Origin: a virus
Virus record (IMG/VR): IMGVR_UViG_3300028840_006907
Span: 64,001-128,000 of that record
Length of the DNA: 64,000 nucleotides
Strand: one strand, 5' to 3'
In this document: in pieces, positions 58,994-64,000 of the stretch
Numbering within the stretch: the stretch's first letter is position 1
Layout: the number at the start of each line of letters is the position of its first letter
Made by a program: the position numbers and the translations under genes
Notes under the pieces: model-generated
Told to the model about the DNA's origin: nothing
Seen by the model: only the letters and a program-made list of their open reading frames with translations
Databases searched by the model: none

Positions 58994-59796
58994 TAAAGTT
59001 AATTTATGCTACTGACCTTCATGGGGATCCTCGTAAGTATCGAGCTGTTCTGGAATTCGCTCTGAAACATGATATAAAGTTAATTCATCTCGGTGCTGAT
59101 ATATTACCGAAAGGTACCAATCTGTTAAAGATACAGAAAAGGTTCGTTAAGAATTACTTAAAAGATTTTCATACTGAGTGCGACTCTTATGGTATCAAAA
59201 TTTTAAGTTTCTTTGGCAATGACGATATCTATACTCGTAAGAAGTATTTTCGGGAATATGGTGAATTGCTCGATGAGAATCCATGTACAATAGAAGGCTA
59301 TGAATTTAAAGCTTACCCCTATGTCTTGGATTATCCCTTTGGTATAAAATCCGCTTGTAAACTGGATTATCCTGGGTGGAAATGTCCCGATCTTTATTTA
59401 ACCAATCCATGTGAGTTTAATGAAAAAGGTTATTATCTCATTGAAGATATAAATGATTACTTTCTGCAGAAGGGTACTGTGGAAGATGATCTTAAAGAGA
59501 TCCATGCCGATGATAAAACTATCATGGCGATGCATATGCCTCCGCAGGGACTCGGTATGGATGTCTGTTACGGGAACAGGCGTGTAGGTTCCAAGTCAGT
59601 CCTGGACTGGATCTATCGGGAACAACCCTTGTTATTTCTGTCAGGTCATATTCATGAAAGTCCTGAGATAACGGGTATTTGGAAGACTATGGTAGGTGAC
59701 ACAGTGGTTATTCAGCCCGGACAAAAAACCGATAAAACCACAATGGTTTATATCGAAATAGATGGTAATAAAGTTGATGCTCAATTAATAGGATAA
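58990..59796 (+). CDS. calcineurin-like metallophosphoesterase
   Basis: DLHGD, GNDD and GHIHE motifs. Confidence 0.65.
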   Translation: MIKLIYATDLHGDPRKYRAVLEFALKHDIKLIHLGADILPKGTNLLKIQKRFVKNYLKDFHTECDSYGIKILSFFGNDDIYTRKKYFREYGELLDENPCTIEGYEFKAYPYVLDYPFGIKSACKLDYPGWKCPDLYLTNPCEFNEKGYYLIEDINDYFLQKGTVEDDLKEIHADDKTIMAMHMPPQGLGMDVCYGNRRVGSKSVLDWIYREQPLLFLSGHIHESPEITGIWKTMVGDTVVIQPGQKTDKTTMVYIEIDGNKVDAQLIG

Positions 59797-59799
59797 ATT

Positions 59800-60072
59800 A
59801 TGTTTGAAAATTTACAGATAATAGTTTCTTCGGAAGAAGAGAAACAGGAATTATTAAGAGGGTGTAAGCATATTCATGATTTTACTGTGTTGTCTCAGGA
59901 TGATAAAAGCATCACAGCTCACGATGAATTTGGTGAAACTAGACCTCTTGAAAAAGATGTTGTTGGGGTATGTTTGAATTTCGATGAGTACCCTTTTGTT
60001 AATTTCCTAGCCGGACTATACGACTGTGATGATAAATCGATTCAAGAAGATATTATTAAAGTAAAACCCTAA
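59800..60072 (+). CDS. hypothetical protein
   Basis: 90-aa ORF. Confidence 0.4.
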   Translation: MFENLQIIVSSEEEKQELLRGCKHIHDFTVLSQDDKSITAHDEFGETRPLEKDVVGVCLNFDEYPFVNFLAGLYDCDDKSIQEDIIKVKP

Positions 60073-60169
60073 TTGCTCATACTAAATTATGATGTGATTA
60101 TAAAGTGAAAATATAAAAAGAAACAGTCTAATACCTGAAGAATACAGAAAAAATAAAAATAAAAAACTG

Positions 60170-60198
60170 GTTGACACGGTTATGTTTTTTTAGTATTA
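60170..60198 (+). promoter_or_regulatory. sigma70-like promoter
   Basis: TTGACA, 17-nt spacer, TATTAT. Confidence 0.55.
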
Positions 60199-60401
60199 TT
60201 AAGGGTAGTTATTGAAGATTAAATTTTTAAAAAGTAGGAAAATGATGAATTTATTTAAGGCCCAGAACACAGTCAAAAGCATAAGACTACTATCAAGTAG
60301 TTTTAAATGCTCATTGTGTTTATCCCATATGCTCTATTCAATTAGAGGAAAACAGGTATGGGTGGGGTCTATGTGAATGTGATTTAATACATAATACGGA
60401 T

Positions 60402-60444
60402 AAAAAAAGCCCCCGCCCGATAAAAAGGACGGGGGCTTTTTTCG
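60402..60444 (+). terminator. rho-independent terminator (A-tract, GC hairpin, T-tract)
   Basis: AAAAAAAGCCCCCGCCC gataaaaa GGACGGGGGC TTTTTT. Confidence 0.65.
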
Positions 60445-60462
60445 TTTATAGGGTTAAAAGTA

Positions 60463-60711
60463 ATGAAAACAGTAAAAGACAGAGCATATTCATTTAATCA
60501 TACGAAAGATCGGCTTCTTGAAAGATGCCAGGTATCTTTATCGTTCGATGAATACAATGAGCTTTGTCAGAGATATATTGATAATAAAGTAACAATTGAT
60601 AATGTGGAAGGAGAGCAGATAGTATTCCTGACTGGATTTAAAGGAAACATGATTAAGTTTGTCTGGTCAAATAAACGTAAGTTGATTACAACTGCTCTTA
60701 AAACAATTTAA
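60463..60711 (+). CDS. hypothetical protein
   Basis: 82-aa ORF. Confidence 0.4.
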   Translation: MKTVKDRAYSFNHTKDRLLERCQVSLSFDEYNELCQRYIDNKVTIDNVEGEQIVFLTGFKGNMIKFVWSNKRKLITTALKTI

Positions 60712-60767
60712 CAAAGGAGACAGCCATTATGGTTGATGACTTTAGTGACTTTAGAAGTTTTAATTAT

Positions 60768-60843
60768 GGCTGTCTGACCGATGTGGTAAAGGTGCTGGAC
60801 TGAAAATCCAGAAATTCCGGTTCAATTCCGGAGGCAGCCACCA
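60768..60843 (+). tRNA. tRNA-Phe (anticodon GAA), CCA encoded
   Basis: Stem CTGGA/TCCAG, loop CTGAAAA, T-arm TCCGG TTCAATT CCGGA. Confidence 0.65.
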
Positions 60844-60870
60844 TTAGTAAATTAGTGTTTTTTAATAAAA

Positions 60871-60946
60871 GGGCGTATCGGCAAGCGGTTAAGCCACTAC
60901 TCTGATAAGGTAGCATGCGAAAGTTCAAATCTTTCTACGCCCACCA
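60871..60946 (+). tRNA. tRNA-Ile (anticodon GAT), CCA encoded
   Basis: GGGCGTA/TACGCCC acceptor, loop CTGATAA. Confidence 0.65.
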
Positions 60947-60965
60947 TAAATCTTAGGAGGACAAG

Positions 60966-61732
60966 GTGTTCTGGGTTTTACAAAACAATCTTTTTAATGA
61001 AGTAGGGTTTCAGTCTTTGGTAGGAACTCTGGAAAGGATGAATATAAAACATATCATTGTGAAAGTGGTTCCTTTTGTAGGAGATATAATTCCTGACATA
61101 AACCCGAAGAACCCTGTCATAGCAGTGGGAGCCTATTCCATGTGGAAGGTTGCCAAAAGAAAAGATGGCACCCAGGTGTCTTTGTGAATGAGAATTTTAC
61201 GTATCCGAAATTGATAAAACATTATGGAGACAATCTCTTAAATAAAGAATGCAATATAACTACACTTGAGAATGTTCTCCCGAAATATAACGAATTTTTT
61301 ATAAAACCTTGTAAGGATAGTAAAGTTTTCTCAGGACAAAGGATGACCTGGGTAGAATTTAAAGAGTGGAGAGAAAGAATCTTAGAACTCGGATGGGAGG
61401 GTTCAGTAAAGGGAAGTACCTGTGTAGTACAGGCACCTGTAAAAGAAATCTACCGGGAGTACCGGTTCTTTATAGTGAATGGTAAAGTTGTCACAGGTTC
61501 GCAATACAGAGTAGGAATGCGGGTATTTTCAACGGAATGTCATGAAAAGGATGTAATTGAATATGCTCAACGAATGGTTGATCTCTGGAGTCCGGATGTA
61601 GGTTTTGTCATTGACATAGCACTAACTCCTGAAGGATTCAAAGTTATCGAGATAAACTGTTTAAATGCTTCAGGCTTTTATGCCTGTGATATGAGTAAAG
61701 TAGTTTTTGCATTGGAGAAAATTTATAATTAA
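60966..61732 (+). pseudogene. ATP-grasp-like gene split by a frameshift (or programmed frameshift)
   Basis: ORFs 60966-61187 and 61142-61732 overlap in different frames across the A-run AAAAGAAAAG. Confidence 0.4.
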
Positions 61733-61733
61733 C

Positions 61734-61819
61734 GCAGACGTGCTGGAATGGTAGACAGGCTTGGCTAAGGACCAAGTGTTCGTATGGGCGTGAGAGTTCG
61801 AGTCTCTCCGTCTGCACCA
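61734..61819 (+). tRNA. class II tRNA, anticodon reads AAG (Leu), CCA encoded
   Basis: GCAGACG/CGTCTGC acceptor, stem CTTGG/CCAAG with loop CTAAGGA, long variable arm. Confidence 0.5.
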
Positions 61820-61833
61820 TATAGGAAGTAAAG

Positions 61834-61998
61834 ATGGGCGAATGTAATTGCTGTTATATGACAATGGGAGAACATGCTTTGACTTGCCCTGCGTATAAAA
61901 GGGATAAAAGTCAGCCCTGTGATTGTTGCTATATGACAACAGGAGAACATGCTCTTACTTGCCCACAGTATGAAATTGAAGATAATGAGGAGGATTAA
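61834..61998 (+). CDS. Cys-rich peptide with internal tandem duplication (54 aa)
   Basis: AGGAAG RBS; CNCCYMTMGEHALTCPAY and CDCCYMTTGEHALTCPQY. Confidence 0.45.
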   Translation: MGECNCCYMTMGEHALTCPAYKRDKSQPCDCCYMTTGEHALTCPQYEIEDNEED

Positions 61999-62077
61999 GA
62001 TGGGACTGAACTCATCGTTGTTTAAACGTAAGTGGTTTGTAGATTAAGACCTGAGCCTGAGTGCTACAGGTCTGTAC

Positions 62078-62150
62078 GGGCTTGTGGCCAAGTTGGTAAG
62101 GCTCTTGACTTTTAATCAAGAAATCGTCAGTTCGATCCTGACCAGGCCCA
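62078..62150 (+). tRNA. tRNA-Lys (anticodon TTT)
   Basis: Stem CTTGA/TCAAG, loop CTTTTAA, T-arm GTCAG TTCGATC CTGAC. Confidence 0.65.
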
Positions 62151-62159
62151 TATGTAAAC

Positions 62160-62236
62160 GCTCCCGTAACTCAGTTGGTCAGAGTAGCTGATTCTTAATC
62201 AGCGAGTCGAGTGTTCAAATCACTCCGGGAGTACCA
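62160..62236 (+). tRNA. tRNA-Lys (anticodon CTT), CCA encoded
   Basis: Stem GCTGA/TCAGC, loop TTCTTAA. Confidence 0.6.
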
Positions 62237-62255
62237 TAAGTAAAGTAAATAATTC

Positions 62256-62344
62256 GGAAGGGAGCCAGATATTGGTTAGCTGGGGCTGTCTGCTAAACAG
62301 TTGTTCTATAAGGACTTAGGGTTCAATTCCCTATCCTTCCGCCA
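62256..62344 (+). tRNA. tRNA-Ser (anticodon GCT), CCA encoded
   Basis: Loop CTGCTAA, long variable arm, T-arm TAGGG TTCAATT CCCTA. Confidence 0.6.
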
Positions 62345-62360
62345 TAAAAAGAAGATTAGC

Positions 62361-62603
62361 ATGAAAGATGAAGATGAACTTAAATGGTGTGATGACGATT
62401 GCAAAAATTGTGATGACGATTCAATAATTAAAGAAATACATGCTATTCGGAAGGAACATGCTAAAAGGTTTAATTATGATATAAAAGCTATGGGAGACGA
62501 TCACAAATTAAAACATCCAATCATTGTAGAGATGATGACTGCAAGTAGAAAAGGAGATCATGAAACTGTTAGAAAATTAAGACAAAAGTTGAATTCTATG
62601 TGA
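62361..62603 (+). CDS. hypothetical Cys/Asp-rich protein
   Basis: ORF-track start 62301 overlaps tRNA-Ser; trimmed to ATG at 62361. Confidence 0.4.
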   Translation: MKDEDELKWCDDDCKNCDDDSIIKEIHAIRKEHAKRFNYDIKAMGDDHKLKHPIIVEMMTASRKGDHETVRKLRQKLNSM

Positions 62604-62767
62604 ATGAAAAGATTTTAAAAATGAATATGAAAAAGAAAGAACAGAAAAAGGCAATAAAATGGGGCAGAAGAAAGATATACATAGGAAGAAAAAGATTAAT
62701 GCCCGTAAACGAAAACCGTGTAATCGGGATTGCGAAAACTATAAAAAATTCAAGTGTTAATATATAG

Positions 62768-62845
62768 GGCCGAGTGGTGAAGTTGTTTTAACACGGTAGT
62801 CTGCAAAACTATTATGCGTCGGTTAGAATCCGACCTCGGCCTCCA
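62768..62845 (+). tRNA. tRNA-Cys (anticodon GCA), CCA encoded
   Basis: GGCCGAG/CTCGGCC acceptor, loop CTGCAAA, T-loop TTAGAAT. Confidence 0.55.
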
Positions 62846-62861
62846 GTTCTTTGAAATAAAT

Positions 62862-63061
62862 AAGTATATCGAGTCCACGCGCAGATGTTAAGTCTGTGAG
62901 GAAGCTCAGGACATCACCGCTGACGGAAGGAGACGTAAGTCGTAGGTACTTCCTAGGATGCAACACAAACAGACCTATGCCGGTGAGCGGGGCTATGATG
63001 GTCGGGTTAGTGGCAAAGATAAATGTGGACATAAAACAGAATCCTGGCTACGGATATACTT
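62862..63061 (+). ncRNA. candidate structured RNA with RNase P-like P1/P4 motifs (about 200 nt)
   Basis: No ORF, locally GC-richer; GAGGAAGCUCAGG and ACAGAAUCCUGGCU can pair with a bulged U; terminal helix AAGTATATC/GATATACTT. Confidence 0.3.
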
Positions 63062-63068
63062 ATTATAC

Positions 63069-63175
63069 GGAGAGGTAGGTTTAATTGGTAAAATCAGTGC
63101 TTTGCACAGCACCTAAGCTAGCAAGGTGCCATTCCAGGGATGGATTTCGGGGTTCAAGTCCCCGTCTCTCTGCCA
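63069..63175 (+). other. oversized tRNA-like element (107 nt) with canonical T-arm and CCA end
   Basis: GGAGAGG/TCTCTCT acceptor, D-loop with GG, GCA-anticodon-like loop, 34-nt extra region, T-arm CGGGG TTCAAGT CCCCG. Confidence 0.35.
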
Positions 63176-63186
63176 ATAAATTATAC

Positions 63187-63275
63187 GGAGGTAGACCGGC
63201 TGGACGAGGAGCCTGTCTTGAAAACAGGTAGGGCTGTAAAAGGTCTTCGGGGTTCAAGTCCTCGTGCCTCCGCCA
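63187..63275 (+). tRNA. tRNA-Ser (anticodon TGA), CCA encoded
   Basis: Stem CCTGT/ACAGG, loop CTTGAAA, long variable arm. Confidence 0.6.
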
Positions 63276-63352
63276 TAAAAACAATAGTTATCAAAAGGTA
63301 ACTATAAGTTCTTTGACATTTCGGTTATTATGAAGTAAGCACATATTTATAT

Positions 63353-63431
63353 GGTGAGCGTAGCTTAACTTGGTTAGAGCACTGGATTGTGGTTCCAGGA
63401 GTTGGGGATTCGAGTTCCCTCGCTCACCCCA
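63353..63431 (+). tRNA. tRNA-His (anticodon GTG) with encoded G-1, CCA encoded
   Basis: Extra 5' G opposite discriminator C, stem CTGGA/TCCAG, loop TTGTGGT. Confidence 0.7.
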
Positions 63432-63459
63432 TAAATTTTCATTTTATATAGAATGAAAC

Positions 63460-63549
63460 GAGTAGGAGGTCAGATAGTGGTTGGCTGCACCGGACTGTAA
63501 ATCCGGATCTCGTAAAGGGACGCTGGGGGTTCGACGCCCTCCCTACTCA
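63460..63549 (+). tRNA. tRNA-Tyr (anticodon GTA)
   Basis: GAGTAGG/CCTACTC acceptor, stem CCGGA/TCCGG, loop CTGTAAA, long variable arm. Confidence 0.65.
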
Positions 63550-63563
63550 TTTGTCAATTTTAT

Positions 63564-63649
63564 GGAGAGCAACCGAATGGTTAGGAGGCGGTTTCGAAAA
63601 CCGTTAAGGCTGAAAGGCTAACTAAGTTCGATTCTTAGGCTCTCCGCCA
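63564..63649 (+). tRNA. tRNA-Ser (anticodon CGA), CCA encoded
   Basis: GGAGAGC/GCTCTCC acceptor, loop TTCGAAA, long variable arm. Confidence 0.6.
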
Positions 63650-63985
63650 TTAACAAACAGATTTTAAAAAAGATGATGCTACTCTTTTAATTGCTTCTTT
63701 ATCGGCGTTTTCCATTTGATTAACAATTTTTTTGGCCCAGGTATATCCAGAATCACCTCCCCAAACAAGCCATGCTACATAACCTTTATCTTTCCATGGT
63801 TCATTTTTATATTCTGGGTTTATCTTTTTATTCTTTTGATGACGGTCGAAGAAAGCTTTCATTCTTTTGACTGTTTTGGGAGATAAAATATCTCTGTTTT
63901 TAAGATTAACAGCTCTTTGAACACCAGACCCAACACCTTCTGCTTTTGCCTGTTCAACTGTTAGTCCTCCTTTACCACCGGCCAT
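63650..63985 (-). CDS. hypothetical protein
   Basis: 111-aa ORF; start 15 nt from window end so RBS not visible. Confidence 0.4.
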   Translation of the reverse strand: MAGGKGGLTVEQAKAEGVGSGVQRAVNLKNRDILSPKTVKRMKAFFDRHQKNKKINPEYKNEPWKDKGYVAWLVWGGDSGYTWAKKIVNQMENADKEAIKRVASSFLKSVC

Positions 63986-64000
63986 TCTTCTATATCTTAA

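Noticed and set aside
62160-62236. tRNA initially read as having a TTA anticodon (ochre suppressor)
   Set aside because: Re-phasing the anticodon arm as stem GCTGA/TCAGC with loop TTCTTAA gives anticodon CTT (Lys).
62603-62760. 46-codon basic ORF (MNMKKKEQKK...)
   Set aside because: Below the length where coding can be judged by eye, no convincing RBS, low-complexity Lys-rich sequence.
61670-63284. Minus or plus ORFs 61670-61939, 61765-61950, 62823-63032, 62896-63078 and 63081-63284
   Set aside because: All overlap tRNA genes or the candidate structured RNA.

Overview
AT-rich, gene-dense window that looks like part of a large (jumbo) phage or similar mobile genome: HNH endonucleases, an intein-containing radical SAM gene, an amidase_2 endolysin-like gene, many small zinc-ribbon ORFs, about 25 tRNA genes in two clusters, and a tmRNA. 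A small-genome bacterium cannot be excluded from sequence alone. The main finding is a compact type I-E-like CRISPR-Cas locus on the minus strand (15128-22690): cas8e-cas7e-cas5e-cas6e followed by a 743-aa SF2 helicase with no HD nuclease domain, no cas1/cas2 and no separate cas11. It is flanked by two CRISPR arrays that share a conserved ~50-bp leader. Array 2 (22265-22586) is small and regular. Array 1 (12020-15018) has about 55 hairpin repeat units whose stems diverge by compensatory changes away from the leader, with shorter spacing and duplicated repeat-spacer modules in the distal part. Other features include rmlA/rmlB, two Nudix hydrolases, an OB-fold/HD nuclease, a DEDD-like exonuclease, a lipase_3-like protein, a sigma-factor-like gene, a candidate RNase P-like structured RNA, an oversized tRNA-like element and a frameshifted ATP-grasp gene. 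Everything was read by eye from the sequence and the ORF track; no searches or folding programs were run, so family assignments are motif-level and RNA coordinates are approximate to a few nucleotides.
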